Assembly: GCA_023140255.1 (NCBI GenBank)
Contig: JAGLLX010000003.1
Coordinates: 7,485-71,484, forward strand
From: Minisyncoccota bacterium
GTDB taxonomy: Bacteria; Patescibacteriota; Minisyncoccia; Phycocordibacterales; UBA12079
DNA: 64,000 nucleotides
Reading direction: 5' to 3'
The notes under the pieces are model-generated. The model was not told the origin of the DNA and made no database searches. It saw nothing but the letters and a program-made list of their open reading frames with translations. Numbering within the stretch: position 1 is the stretch's first letter; the number at the start of each line of letters is the position of its first letter. Position numbers and translations under genes: made by a program. Shown here piece after piece: positions 28,927-38,345 of the stretch.

Positions 28927-29751
28927 TTAAACAATATCTGCAAAATATCTTTCTGTTTTTTTGAAAAAATAAAATCCTATTAATAAAATTATTAGGCAAG
29001 TTACTCCTGAAATTATCAGTAAAGTCCAGTTAATAGGAGCATTTCCTAGAAGGGCAGCTCTCATTGCTTTAATTACTCCTGTCATTGGGTTAAGGGCTAA
29101 AATCCAAGAATATTTTCCTGTGATACTTGCTGGATAAATTACGGGAGTAATAAACATCATCATTGAAATAAAGAAAGGTAAAACATAACGAACATCACGG
29201 TATTTAACATTAATCGAAGCTAAAAATAACCCTCCTCCAACCGAAGCCATAAAAGTAATTAAAAGAAGTAAGGGAATAATTAAAAGTCCAATTAGGTTTG
29301 GTGTATATTGATAATAAATCATCATTCCAATTAAGATAAATGAAGCTATGGCGAAATCAACAAATTTTGTAACAGTTGATGAAATGGGTAAAATTATTCT
29401 GGGAAAATATACCTTAGTTATTATGCCTTTATTTGCAATTAAGCAGTTGCTGACATCTGTTAAAGAAGCAGAGAAAAATTGCCAAATTAAAAGTCCTGTA
29501 TATACAAAGATAGGGTAAGGAATTCCGTCAGAAGGCATCTGAGCAAATTTACCAAAAAAAATTGTAAATACAACCATTGTCATAAATGGTTGAAATAAAG
29601 CCCAAAGAATTCCTATGGTTGTTTGCTTATATCTAACTTTGATGTCTCTCCATGTTAAAAAATATAGCAATTCTTTGTATTGCCAAATTTCTCTGAAATC
29701 GTTCCAATTGAAAGTTTTTTTTGGTTTGATTAATGTTAAATTGGTTTTCAT
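28927..29751 (-). CDS. wzm: Polysaccharide ABC transporter permease
   Basis: RDIKVRYKQT; KVYFPR; TPVIYP; LNPM. Confidence 0.92.
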   Translation of the reverse strand: MKTNLTLIKPKKTFNWNDFREIWQYKELLYFLTWRDIKVRYKQTTIGILWALFQPFMTMVVFTIFFGKFAQMPSDGIPYPIFVYTGLLIWQFFSASLTDVSNCLIANKGIITKVYFPRIILPISSTVTKFVDFAIASFILIGMMIYYQYTPNLIGLLIIPLLLLITFMASVGGGLFLASINVKYRDVRYVLPFFISMMMFITPVIYPASITGKYSWILALNPMTGVIKAMRAALLGNAPINWTLLIISGVTCLIILLIGFYFFKKTERYFADIV

Positions 29752-29897
29752 TTTAATTCCTTTTTATTCCTCCAAGTATCAAGTTTTTATATGATTACTT
29801 AATCATACTAATTTATAGAGGGTTTTACAATAAAATCTAACGGCTCAACTCGTTGAGCCGTTGAAATTTTTGGCTTTTGATTTTATACTTATAGGAT

Positions 29898-30332
29898 ATG
29901 CAAAAAAAGAAATTTTTAATAGGGATTACAATTTTTATTTGGGTTATTTTTTTATTTGATTTTATAGCTCAAGTTTATTTTCTATATTGGCGATTTTGGT
30001 GGACTGATATAATCATGCATTTTATGGGAGGTTTTTGGGTAGCTTTGTTTGGTTATTATATTTTCTATCTTTCTGATTATAGAGAAAAACTAAAAACAAT
30101 AACTCAAAAATATTCATTATTAATAATTTCTTTTTCTTTTGTTCTAGGAATTGGAATTTTATGGGAACTTTTTGAATTAATTTTTGCTTTTCCTTTGAGA
30201 TATGGATATTTATTTGATACTGTTCTTGATTTAATTATGGATGTCTTTGGTTGTTTAGTAGCTTATCTTCTTGTTTTGAAAAAAGTAGGAATTAGTCAAA
30301 AGTCTATAAAGTCTATAAAGTCAAAAGTCTAA
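29898..30332 (+). CDS. Membrane protein (VanZ/DUF2238-like)
   Basis: DIIMHFMGG; WELFE; DTVLDLIMD. Confidence 0.6.
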   Translation: MQKKKFLIGITIFIWVIFLFDFIAQVYFLYWRFWWTDIIMHFMGGFWVALFGYYIFYLSDYREKLKTITQKYSLLIISFSFVLGIGILWELFELIFAFPLRYGYLFDTVLDLIMDVFGCLVAYLLVLKKVGISQKSIKSIKSKV

Positions 30333-30345
30333 ATTAATATATAAT

Positions 30346-31080
30346 ATGGATGAAAATAAAATACAAAAAGAATCACTCTCTTATATAAAAAGTCATAAAA
30401 AAGATCTTTTAGACTTTTTTACACAATCGGAAACGAACATTTTTGAAACGAAAACTAATTTTTTTATGGCAGGGTCTCCTGGTGCTGGTAAAACTGAGTT
30501 TGTAAAAAGATTAGAAATTATTAAAGATGAAATAGTTATTAAACCTTTTCATATTGATGCTGATATAATCAGAACTGAATTTTTAAAAGAATTTTATACA
30601 CCAACTAATATCAAAGAAGATATTCATGGAAATGCTCATTTTTTACAAGAAGCAACTACTAAAGGAATTGAAATTTTGTTAGATTATTGTTTTAAAGAAA
30701 AGATTTTATTTATGTTGGATGTTACTATGGGTGGAGAATTTAAAACAGCAGAGAAAAATATAACAAGATGTTTAAGTAAGAATATAGAACCTGTTATATT
30801 TTATTTATATCAAGATCCTTTGGTTGCATGGGATTATACAAAAAAGAGAGAAAAAATAGAAGGTAGAAATATATTGAAAAAGAATTTTATTCAACAATTC
30901 TTTAAATCTAGAGAAAACGTTAATTTACTAAAACAAAAATATAAAGAAAAAATAACTCTTAACGTAGTTGTTAAGAATTTCTTGAATCAAACTGAGAAAT
31001 ATTATCCAAATATTCAAAATGTTGATTTCTATGTGAAAGATGATTATAATAAAGATAAGTTAAATAGAGAATTAAAGTAA
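30346..31080 (+). CDS. Zeta-toxin-family P-loop kinase
   Basis: MAGSPGAGKTE; IDADIIR; LYQDP..AW..RE..EGR. Confidence 0.8.
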   Translation: MDENKIQKESLSYIKSHKKDLLDFFTQSETNIFETKTNFFMAGSPGAGKTEFVKRLEIIKDEIVIKPFHIDADIIRTEFLKEFYTPTNIKEDIHGNAHFLQEATTKGIEILLDYCFKEKILFMLDVTMGGEFKTAEKNITRCLSKNIEPVIFYLYQDPLVAWDYTKKREKIEGRNILKKNFIQQFFKSRENVNLLKQKYKEKITLNVVVKNFLNQTEKYYPNIQNVDFYVKDDYNKDKLNRELK

Positions 31081-31081
31081 T

Positions 31082-31246
31082 ATGAAGTCAATTAAAAATT
31101 TTTTTGGAAAAGAAAAAACGAAAGATAAAGCTTTTCGCTGGTCTTCTATTTCTTCTAAAAGTCAAAAGAAAATAATAAGAAATGCTGCTTCAGGATCAAA
31201 TAAATTACAAAGAGATCTCTATAATAAAGCCAAGTTATTATCCTAA
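31082..31246 (+). CDS. 54-aa basic protein, candidate zeta partner (not in ORF track)
   Basis: ATG 1 nt after the zeta stop; MKSIKNFFGKEKTKDKAFRWSSISSKSQKKIIRNAASGSNKLQRDLYNKAKLLS. Confidence 0.6.
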   Translation: MKSIKNFFGKEKTKDKAFRWSSISSKSQKKIIRNAASGSNKLQRDLYNKAKLLS

Positions 31247-31301
31247 TTAAAAATTAAAATGTAGAAAGTAGAAAGTAATAGTATTATTTCTAGAAAAATT
31301 T

Positions 31302-31322
31302 GCTTTCCGCCCAAGGCGGACA
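31302..31322. repeat. TCCGCC-CAA-GGCGGA hairpin repeat, copy 1
   Basis: Identical 21-mer at 56405-56425. Confidence 0.75.
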
Positions 31323-31374
31323 AGTGCAAACTTTTCTGCTTAATACCTAATACATAATACTTGATACTTAAACC

Positions 31375-32022
31375 ATGGATGAAAAAGGAATTATTTTAAA
31401 ACCAAAATTATGTATTTCAGGTGCAGCAGAAACTACCCATCTTAGCCCTGACGCTGTTGTTAAAACAGAAGAATTAGGAAGAGAAATTGCACGACAAGGG
31501 GGGATTGTGGTAACAGGTGCTACAACAGGACTACCATTATGGGGAGCTAAAGGAGCTAAAAGTGAAGGAGGTTTTTCTATTGGATTTTCTCCAGCAGATA
31601 CAGAAGCAGAACATTTAGGTTTTTATAAATTACCAACTGAGTATATGGATTTAATTATCTATACTGGTTTTGGTTATCCTGGGAGAGATTTGATTTTAAC
31701 TAAATCTGTTGATGCCGTATTTATTACTGCTGGTAGAGTAGGAACTATTCATGAATTTACTATTGCTTTTGAAGATAAAAAGCCAATGGGTATTTTACAA
31801 GGAGATTGGGCAACTGATGAGATTATTGAAACTATTTTAGAAAAAGCCCACCGTCCTAATGATAAAATAGTTTTTGATTCAGATCCAAAAACTTTAGTAG
31901 AAAAAGTATTAGCTTTGGTTGCAAAAGATAAGGAGGAAGTATATAAAAATTATAGTAAAGTAGATTTAAAGAAATCAGAAAGACCAGAAAAGATGGAAAA
32001 ACCTCTTTTGGATGTTGAATAA
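31375..32022 (+). CDS. LOG/YgdH-family Rossmann-fold nucleotide-binding protein
   Basis: TGATTGLP..AKGA; YTGFG..GR; GRVGTIHE. Confidence 0.8.
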   Translation: MDEKGIILKPKLCISGAAETTHLSPDAVVKTEELGREIARQGGIVVTGATTGLPLWGAKGAKSEGGFSIGFSPADTEAEHLGFYKLPTEYMDLIIYTGFGYPGRDLILTKSVDAVFITAGRVGTIHEFTIAFEDKKPMGILQGDWATDEIIETILEKAHRPNDKIVFDSDPKTLVEKVLALVAKDKEEVYKNYSKVDLKKSERPEKMEKPLLDVE

Positions 32023-32032
32023 ATATTCAAAC

Positions 32033-32076
32033 AAATAAAAAACAACGGGTCACTAGTGACCCGTTGTTTTTTATTT
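32033..32076. terminator. Perfect 44-bp palindrome, probable bidirectional terminator
   Basis: AAATAAAAAACAACGGGTCACT|AGTGACCCGTTGTTTTTTATTT between convergent genes. Confidence 0.8.
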
Positions 32077-33588
32077 ATTAGCTTCTTGAAGTTTTCTCAG
32101 GGTGGATTTGATATGCCGACGGGCCTCTGCTGTTTTTGCAATATCTAACCATTTTTTTGTAGGAGTAATAGTTTTTTTAGTCATAATATCAACTATATCT
32201 CCATTTTTTAATTTAGTATCTAAAGAAACTAATTTTCCGTGAACTTTTGCCCCGTGCATATGATTTCCGACATCTGAATGAATTGCAAAAGCAAAATCTA
32301 CAGGGCTAGAATCTGTGGGTAAATCAATAACATCTCCTTTGGGTGTAAAGACAAAAACTCTGTGTTCAAAAAAATCTTTTTTCAATTCTGAAATAAATTC
32401 TTGTCCGTCACTTTCTTCTGGATGTTTAGCTAAGTTCTTTATCCAAGCTGGAGCAGTGTTAGGGTTTTCTACTTTTTTATTTTTACTATCTAGACTATTT
32501 ATATTGGACAATAATCGTTTAACCCACATCTTAGGATCATTGGTATTCTCGTAGCTAATATCATTTTTATAAGATAAATGGGAAGCAATTCCATATTCAG
32601 CCTCTTTGTGCATTTCAGCTGTTCTTAATTGTATTTCAACGACATTCCCGAATCGAGTGAATACTGTAGTGTGTAAACTTTGATAACCATTAGGTTTAGG
32701 AAAGGCGATATAGTCTTTAATTCTTCCCGGCATAGGTCTTCTGAAATCGTGAATAATTCCTAGCACTTTATAACAATCATTTTTAGTAGGAACGATAATT
32801 CTTAGGGCAGCAATATCATAAATTTTATCAATATCCCAATGTTTCCTTTCTAGTTTCCTGTACAAACTATACATTCCTTTTATACGTGAATTACTTTGAA
32901 TATTTGTAATCCCTTCTCTAGCCAAGCGTTTTTTAATTGAACGGTCTATTTTTTTAAGAGAAATAATACTATCTTTTGTTTCTTCTCTCATTATTTCTGC
33001 AACTCTCTTATATTCTTTAGGATAAACATAAGGAAATGACAAATCTTCTAATTGTCGGTTTAAAACACCAATTCCTAAACGATAGGCTAGAGGTGCAAAA
33101 ATTTCTAGTGTTTCAGTTGCAATTCTAAGCTGTTTTTCTTTAGGAACAAATTCAAGAGTTCGCATATTGTGGATCCTGTCAGCAAATTTTATTATTAAAA
33201 CTCTAATATCTTCAGAAGAAGCCATGAATAATTTTCTAAGGCTTTCGGTATGTCTTTTTAATCCTTGGAATCTAATTTTTCCTAATTTGGTAACCCCTTC
33301 CACTAAAAGAGCAATATCATCTCCAAATTCTTCTTGAAGTTCTTCTTTTGTAGTAATTCCGTCTTCAACGACATCATGTAAAAGTCCTGCTGAAATAACA
33401 GTGGCTCCCATTCCTAATTGAGCCAGAATTTTTCCTGTTTCATAAACGTGATTAAAATAAGGTTCACCAGAATATCTTTTTTGACCAGAGTGAGCAGTCA
33501 CAGCAAAATTAAAAGCTTTTTCTAATAGCTTCATATCTTCTTTTGAAGGACTATCTATAAAAGAGATGATATCTTTGACTGTTTTCAT
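32071..33588 (-). CDS. spoT: RelA/SpoT (p)ppGpp synthetase/hydrolase (HD-SYNTH-TGS, no ACT)
   Basis: HSGQKR.SGEPY; LHDVVED; ADRIHNMRT; RIKDY; YQSLHT; TGS DFAFAIHS. Confidence 0.9.
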   Translation of the reverse strand: MKTVKDIISFIDSPSKEDMKLLEKAFNFAVTAHSGQKRYSGEPYFNHVYETGKILAQLGMGATVISAGLLHDVVEDGITTKEELQEEFGDDIALLVEGVTKLGKIRFQGLKRHTESLRKLFMASSEDIRVLIIKFADRIHNMRTLEFVPKEKQLRIATETLEIFAPLAYRLGIGVLNRQLEDLSFPYVYPKEYKRVAEIMREETKDSIISLKKIDRSIKKRLAREGITNIQSNSRIKGMYSLYRKLERKHWDIDKIYDIAALRIIVPTKNDCYKVLGIIHDFRRPMPGRIKDYIAFPKPNGYQSLHTTVFTRFGNVVEIQLRTAEMHKEAEYGIASHLSYKNDISYENTNDPKMWVKRLLSNINSLDSKNKKVENPNTAPAWIKNLAKHPEESDGQEFISELKKDFFEHRVFVFTPKGDVIDLPTDSSPVDFAFAIHSDVGNHMHGAKVHGKLVSLDTKLKNGDIVDIMTKKTITPTKKWLDIAKTAEARRHIKSTLRKLQEANK

Positions 33589-33696
33589 GTATATATAAAA
33601 TAACCTTTTTTTAGTAAAAAGTAAAATATAAATATAGGATTTGTTTGCTATTAAAGGCAGGTTGAAAACTCTTATATTTAATATATAATTGGGATT

Positions 33697-34446
33697 ATGA
33701 CTAAGTCAACAAAATTAGACGTGAAAGAAGGACATTTACACCTATTAACTCAGACTATTAAAAGATTTTCTGAAATTTTTTCTAAAATGGGTTTTGAAAT
33801 TACTGATGGACCAGAAATAGAAGATGAATATTATAATTTTGATGCTTTAAATATTCCTGCTGACCATCCTTCCAGAGATATGCAGGATACTTTTTGGCTA
33901 AAACCCGAAAATTTAAAAAAATTACTAAGAACCCAAACTTCTGGTGTGCAGGTTCGCTATATGGAAGAAAATCAACCTCCGTTGGCTATTATTGTTCCTG
34001 GAAAAGTTTTCCGAAACGAAGCTACTGACGCAACTCATGATGCTCAATTTCATCAATGTGAAGGTTTGGTTGTTGGAGAAAATATTACCTTGGCAAATTT
34101 AAAGGGAACTTTAGAAAATGTCCTCCGAGAATTTTTTGGGGAAGATGTTATTATCCGTCTTCGCCCTGGATATTTTCCGTTTGTAGAACCCGGAGTTGAA
34201 ATTGATATGGTTTGTTTTAAATGTGGTGGAAAAGGTTGTCCATCTTGTTCATATAGTGGTTGGATTGAAATTTTAGGAGCAGGAATGGTTCATCCAAAAG
34301 TTTTAAATGCAGTAGGAATTGATTCTCGTAAATATCAAGGTTTCGCCTTTGGTGTTGGTATTGATAGAATTATTATGCTTAAGTACGGGATAGATGATAT
34401 CAGACGACTTTATTCAGGAGATTTAAGATTGATTAATCAGTTTTAA
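33697..34446 (+). CDS. pheS: Phenylalanine-tRNA ligase alpha subunit (lacks N-terminal coiled-coil arm)
   Basis: [16 protein letters not shown]; FHQCEG; YFPFVEP; GAGMVHP; GFAFG. Confidence 0.96.
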   Translation: MTKSTKLDVKEGHLHLLTQTIKRFSEIFSKMGFEITDGPEIEDEYYNFDALNIPADHPSRDMQDTFWLKPENLKKLLRTQTSGVQVRYMEENQPPLAIIVPGKVFRNEATDATHDAQFHQCEGLVVGENITLANLKGTLENVLREFFGEDVIIRLRPGYFPFVEPGVEIDMVCFKCGGKGCPSCSYSGWIEILGAGMVHPKVLNAVGIDSRKYQGFAFGVGIDRIIMLKYGIDDIRRLYSGDLRLINQF

Positions 34447-34450
34447 TTAT

Positions 34451-34756
34451 ATGAAAAAATATCAAGAACAAGTAAATAAATGGTTTGAAGAAAAAGGTTG
34501 GGATTATTGGGAACCTTTAGCTATTACCACTAGATTATTTGAAGAATGTGGTGAGTTTGCGAGAGAGGTTAATCATATTTATGGTCCTAAAAAGAAAAAA
34601 TTAGAAGAGAAAAAGAAAGATGTTGAGGATGAAATGGGAGATATAATTTATACTTTAATTTGTTTTGCTAATTCTCACGATATAGATTTAGGAGAAGCAG
34701 TTCAAAAAAGTATAGATAAAGTCGCTGACAGAGACAAGGACAGATATAAAAAATAA
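34451..34756 (+). CDS. MazG-like NTP pyrophosphohydrolase
   Basis: EECGEFARE..EDEMGD. Confidence 0.85.
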   Translation: MKKYQEQVNKWFEEKGWDYWEPLAITTRLFEECGEFAREVNHIYGPKKKKLEEKKKDVEDEMGDIIYTLICFANSHDIDLGEAVQKSIDKVADRDKDRYKK

Positions 34757-34757
34757 T

Positions 34758-35264
34758 ATGCAAATTAATAATAGAACTAAGGTTTATATAGATGGAGCAA
34801 ATTTATACAGAGGATCAAAGTCTCTTGAATGGAAATTTGATTATAAAAATTTCTACATATGGCTTAGTGAAAATTTTAAGACAGAAGAGATTTATTTTTT
34901 TATTGGTTTTGTTGAAGATCAAAAAAAATTATATAGTTTTTTAGAAAAAATTGGGTATAAAATTATTTTTAAGAAAACCTTAAAGTCTAAAGGAAAAATA
35001 AAAGGTAATTGTGATGCGGAATTAGTTTTAAAAGCAGTAGTTGATATTTTTAGAGAAGAATTTGATGATTTTGTTTTAGTATCTAGTGATGGAGACTTTG
35101 CTTGTTTATTAGAATTTGTTAGAGATGAAAATAAAGAGGTTACGGTAATATCTCCATCAAAAAAGCTTTCTTATTTGATAAGACGGTTACAGTGTGAAAT
35201 TACCTATTTAGATAGTTTGAGAAAGAAATTAGACAAAAAGAAAAGGCCCCTAAATGGAAACTAA
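34758..35264 (+). CDS. NYN-domain (PIN-like) ribonuclease
   Basis: YIDGANL; KGNCDAEL; VSSDGDF. Confidence 0.85.
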   Translation: MQINNRTKVYIDGANLYRGSKSLEWKFDYKNFYIWLSENFKTEEIYFFIGFVEDQKKLYSFLEKIGYKIIFKKTLKSKGKIKGNCDAELVLKAVVDIFREEFDDFVLVSSDGDFACLLEFVRDENKEVTVISPSKKLSYLIRRLQCEITYLDSLRKKLDKKKRPLNGN

Positions 35265-35291
35265 CTACCACCGGGTCCTTTTCATGGTTAT
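35235..35291 (-). ncRNA. Candidate convergent small RNA overlapping the NYN 3' end
   Basis: Minus-strand TTGCTT(35325-20)-16nt-TATTAT(35303-298) with TG extension; stem 35240-50/35273-83 plus U-run. Confidence 0.45.
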
Positions 35292-35332
35292 ATTAATATA
35301 ATAACATTAGTTAAGAAAAAAGCAATAAAATT

Positions 35333-37717
35333 ATGAAATTTTCATACAAATGGTTAAAAGAATATTTTGAAGAACCTCTACCAGAGATTAAAGACTTGGT
35401 GGAGACTTTGACATTCCATGCCTTTGAAATAGAAGGGGTAGAGAATAATGATTTAATTGATATTGATGTTTTACCTAATCGTTCGCACGACTGTTTTTCT
35501 TATCAAGGAATAGCTAGAGAAATTTCTGTTTTGATTGCTCTAAAGTTAAAACAAAAAGAAACTTCTCTTGTGGTTGAAAAAGATTTAAAATCATCAGAAT
35601 ATATTTCTCTTAAAGTTAACGATTCTAATTTAGCACCAAGAGTTACAAAAAGATTAGTCCAAGGTGTAAAAATAGGGGAATCACCAGATTGGCTAAAAGA
35701 AAAACTTGAATCTATTGGTCAGAAATCTATAAATAATGTAGTTGATATTACTAATTATGTAATGTGGGAAACAGGTCAACCCGTACATGCTTTTGATTTT
35801 GATAAAATTAGTGGAGACGGGGTAAAAGAAATTAGTATTAGAAACGCTGAAAATGGAGAAAAAATAAATACATTAGACGGTGGAGAATATGAATTAGATG
35901 AAAATGTGTTGGTAATTAGTGATAATGAAAAGGCTTTAGATATTGCAGGAGTAAAGGGAGGATTAGTTTCAGGGATTGATGAAAATACTCAAAATATAGT
36001 TTTATCTGTTTGTAACTTTAATCAAACTAATATCAGAAAAACTTCAAGAAAATTAGGTTTAAGAACTGATGCTTCTGTTCGTTTTGAAAATGGAATTTCA
36101 CCTGAAAAAGTTATGGAAGCGATGGAAAGATTATCAGAATTGGTTTTTGAATTAGCTGGAGGAAAGGTATCAGAAGATATTTTAGATATTTATTCTAGAA
36201 AAGTGAATTTATATAAAGTAGGTGTTTCAATTCAGGAAACAAATAAAGTATTAGGGTTAAATTTATTAGAGAAAGAAATAGAGAGTATTTTAAATAAACT
36301 TGATTTTAAATATGAAAAAGTTAGTCCAATTGAGAAAGTTTTGGAACTAGCCTTAAGTCTTGAAAATAAGCTGTACAAATTTGGGGCGAGTGTTTCTTAT
36401 GATTCTCCAGAGTTTTTTGATTGTTCATCTTTTACAGCTTATATTTTTGCCCAAGTTGGAATAGCTATTCCAAGAATTTCTATTGATCAATATTTTTGGG
36501 GAGAAGAAATTTCAGAAGCTGATTTGAAAGCTGGTGATCTAGTCTTTTCTAATAGTGGAGAAGGAAAAATTCATATGGAATCAATAGATTTTAGAAAAGG
36601 GTTAGTAGAAGAGAAAGGAGTTGATCATGTTGGTCTGTATTTAGGGGATGGAAAAGTAATTCATTCTTCTAGAAAAAATGGAGGAGAAGGAAAGGTTAAA
36701 ATAGAAGAATTAAAGAGTGCCGGTCAATTTAAGGATATTATTGATTATAGAAGAATTTCTGATAATCAAGAAAGATTTGTCGTTGAAATTCCTCACGAAA
36801 GATTAGATTTACGAATTAAAGAAGATTTGATTGAAGAAATCGGAAGAATTTATGGTTATAAAAATATTGAATCAGCACCGATTATGGAAATTTTTAAAGC
36901 TAAAGTAAATAAGAGTTTTTATTATATTAATAAAATTAAAGATATTTTAGTGAACGAAGGTTTTAGTGAAGTTTCTACTTATACTTTTGGAGACAAGGGA
37001 AATGTGGAAGTGCAAAAACCTTTAGCTTCTAATTTAGGTTTTTTGAGAACTAATTTAAATAATGGTATTCAAAAATCCTTAGATTTGAATGAGAAAAACG
37101 CTCCTTTACTAGGATTAAATGAAATTAAAATATTTGAAATTGGAAAAGTTTTCCTTGATATTGATGGGGAATATAATGCTTTGGCAATTGGAGTTAGAGT
37201 GGTTAAAAAAAGCAAAAAATCTGATTCTGTGAGAGATGAGATAATTCAAAATATCATAAATACTTTAGATAAAGAATTAAACTTGACGCTCCAAGCGCTA
37301 AGTGATTCTAGATCCAAGGACGGACAAGATGATGTTTTTGAAATTAATTTAGACGAAGTTATTGATAAATTGCCTGAGCCAGAATCTTATGGAGATATTT
37401 TTGATAATTTAAATCAGGAATCTGTGAAATTCCAAAAAATTTCAGCTTATCCATTTATGTTGCGAGATATTGCTGTGTTTGTGCCAAATGAATTTAGTGA
37501 AAATGATTTATTAAAAATAATTACAGAAAATGCAGGAGAGCTTTTGATGCAAACAAAATTATTTGATACTTATAGCCCTGAAGGAGAAGATAAAACTTCT
37601 TATGCTTTTAATTTAGTTTTCCAATCTCAAGAAAAAACTTTGACCGACGAAGAAATAAATAAAGTTATGGATAAAATCACAGCAGAGATTGAATTAAAAG
37701 GCTGGGAAGTAAGATAA
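35333..37717 (+). CDS. pheT: Phenylalanine-tRNA ligase beta subunit with inserted NlpC/P60 domain
   Basis: PNRSHDC; B3/4 INNVVDITNYV; B5 RLDLRIKEDLIEEIGRIYGY; FDX-ACB RDIAV..TLTDEEI; insert with DCSSF/HVGLY/IHSS. Confidence 0.95.
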   Translation: MKFSYKWLKEYFEEPLPEIKDLVETLTFHAFEIEGVENNDLIDIDVLPNRSHDCFSYQGIAREISVLIALKLKQKETSLVVEKDLKSSEYISLKVNDSNLAPRVTKRLVQGVKIGESPDWLKEKLESIGQKSINNVVDITNYVMWETGQPVHAFDFDKISGDGVKEISIRNAENGEKINTLDGGEYELDENVLVISDNEKALDIAGVKGGLVSGIDENTQNIVLSVCNFNQTNIRKTSRKLGLRTDASVRFENGISPEKVMEAMERLSELVFELAGGKVSEDILDIYSRKVNLYKVGVSIQETNKVLGLNLLEKEIESILNKLDFKYEKVSPIEKVLELALSLENKLYKFGASVSYDSPEFFDCSSFTAYIFAQVGIAIPRISIDQYFWGEEISEADLKAGDLVFSNSGEGKIHMESIDFRKGLVEEKGVDHVGLYLGDGKVIHSSRKNGGEGKVKIEELKSAGQFKDIIDYRRISDNQERFVVEIPHERLDLRIKEDLIEEIGRIYGYKNIESAPIMEIFKAKVNKSFYYINKIKDILVNEGFSEVSTYTFGDKGNVEVQKPLASNLGFLRTNLNNGIQKSLDLNEKNAPLLGLNEIKIFEIGKVFLDIDGEYNALAIGVRVVKKSKKSDSVRDEIIQNIINTLDKELNLTLQALSDSRSKDGQDDVFEINLDEVIDKLPEPESYGDIFDNLNQESVKFQKISAYPFMLRDIAVFVPNEFSENDLLKIITENAGELLMQTKLFDTYSPEGEDKTSYAFNLVFQSQEKTLTDEEINKVMDKITAEIELKGWEVR

Positions 37718-37764
37718 AATTATATGAAGCGAGCATATAATTACGGCGTTCGGATTATATAAAA
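37718..37764 (+). repeat. 47-nt dispersed structured repeat, copy 2
   Basis: Matches the reverse complement of 1630-1676. Confidence 0.75.
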
Positions 37765-37808
37765 ACAAGTATTAGTATAATCGTTTTTATAAATCCTCAC
37801 TTGAAATT

Positions 37809-38345
37809 ATGAAATTAAATGTTCCGTATATTTCTCAACGTAGAGATATAATAGATGAATATTGGCAGGAACGAGCTTGCGGAGCGGTTTCTTTGAAAAT
37901 GGTTTTGGACTTCATAAATCCTAATGATATTTTAGTTGATGACTTTGTTAAACAAGCGAGTGACAAAGGTGCTTATAGTGAGAATGGGTGGCTTCATCAA
38001 GGACTTATTAATATTGCAAAAGATTTTGATGTAAGTTTGGAAAGAGAAGAGTTTAAATCAAATGATTTAGAAGAGACTATAATTTTATTACAAAATGGTA
38101 TTGATAAAATTATTGATAATTTGAAAAACAATAAACCTGTTATAATTTCTGCTATTAAAAAATGGACGGAAGAAACAAAATTTCACATGTTGGTTGTAAT
38201 TGGTTTTGAATTAGATGAGAGCAGTGAATTAAAAGGTTTTTATTATCATGATTCTGATTGTAAAACAGATAAAGGAAAAGATTTATTTGTTCCCATAGAA
38301 ACTTTTAGAAAATATTGGAGAAAAATGGCAATTTTTGTTAAATAG
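37809..38345 (+). CDS. Peptidase C39-like (papain-fold) protein
   Basis: VPYISQ; ACGAVSLKM (Cys); FHMLVVIG (His); YYHDS (Asp). Confidence 0.8.
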   Translation: MKLNVPYISQRRDIIDEYWQERACGAVSLKMVLDFINPNDILVDDFVKQASDKGAYSENGWLHQGLINIAKDFDVSLEREEFKSNDLEETIILLQNGIDKIIDNLKNNKPVIISAIKKWTEETKFHMLVVIGFELDESSELKGFYYHDSDCKTDKGKDLFVPIETFRKYWRKMAIFVK

